From Nanobdellota archaeon (GTDB taxonomy: Archaea > Nanobdellota > Nanobdellia > Pacearchaeales > GW2011-AR1), in the NCBI GenBank assembly GCA_038046245.1, contig JBBSWO010000006.1, forward strand, positions 5,320-69,319: DNA of 64,000 bases, read 5' to 3'. This document shows positions 63,904 through 64,000 of the stretch, in pieces. Position 1 is the stretch's first letter; every line of letters begins with the position of its first letter. The translations under genes were made by a program, and so were the position numbers. The notes beneath the pieces were generated by a model, which did no database searches, was not told the origin of the DNA, and saw nothing but the letters and a program-made list of their open reading frames with translations.

Positions 63904-64000
63904 TAATTTATAAATTGAATTGGTTTTATATTACTTACGAATTTTTTAAGAAAAAAATGAGAGACAGCACCGAAGCTTCGCAGCTTTTCGGCCACTAACA

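Overview
AT-rich archaeal chromosome segment. The gene content is PolD DP1/DP2, Orc1/Cdc6, RadA, RPA, aEF-1beta, RNA polymerase subunits D/F/N, L18e/L21e, Rpp21, TATA boxes about 22-30 nt upstream of start codons, and many tiny membrane proteins. This fits a small-genome DPANN-like archaeon, but the lineage is inference. I saw no rRNA genes and no CRISPR array, and one tRNA-Leu(CAA). Layout: (1) 0.1-7.7 kb holds a sequon-rich surface protein and housekeeping genes (ndk, PurO-like, radA, RPA, EF-1beta). (2) 7.7-20.7 kb is a long minus-strand type IV pilus-like locus. It has an ATPase, a FlaJ/PilC-like platform protein, a UPF0104 membrane protein, about 10 tandem pilin-like ORFs (two under 51 aa and absent from the ORF track) and a prepilin peptidase. 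(3) 20.8-24.5 kb holds coiled-coil and membrane proteins. (4) 24.5-27.3 kb holds a Hef helicase/nuclease split into two genes with a cytidylate kinase gene between them. (5) 27-40 kb holds pyrBI, Cys-rich secreted proteins, an ArmA/Rmt-like 16S rRNA methyltransferase homologue, tyrS and other metabolic genes. (6) 40.9-48.0 kb is the replication operon cdc6-DP1-(double Nudix)-DP2, next to an AT-rich candidate oriC with an (ATT)10 microsatellite. (7) 49.4-54.6 kb is the most unusual part. It is an accessory, possibly integrated, island with a convergent pair of coiled-coil/wHTH paralogues, a degenerate ~45-50 bp repeat array and clusters of AAACACCTGTTT-type palindromes. It also has two GC-rich ~70-nt direct repeats bracketing a gene cassette, a stand-alone GMP-synthase C-domain protein and a short serine recombinase. 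(8) 54.6-63.9 kb holds the S13-S4-S11-RpoD-L18e-L13-S9 ribosomal cluster, a MacB-type ABC transporter, rpoN and Rpp21. The arrangement is consistent with an ~8.7 kb inversion that has one breakpoint at the recombinase gene. All functional calls come from motif recognition by eye. No database search was run.
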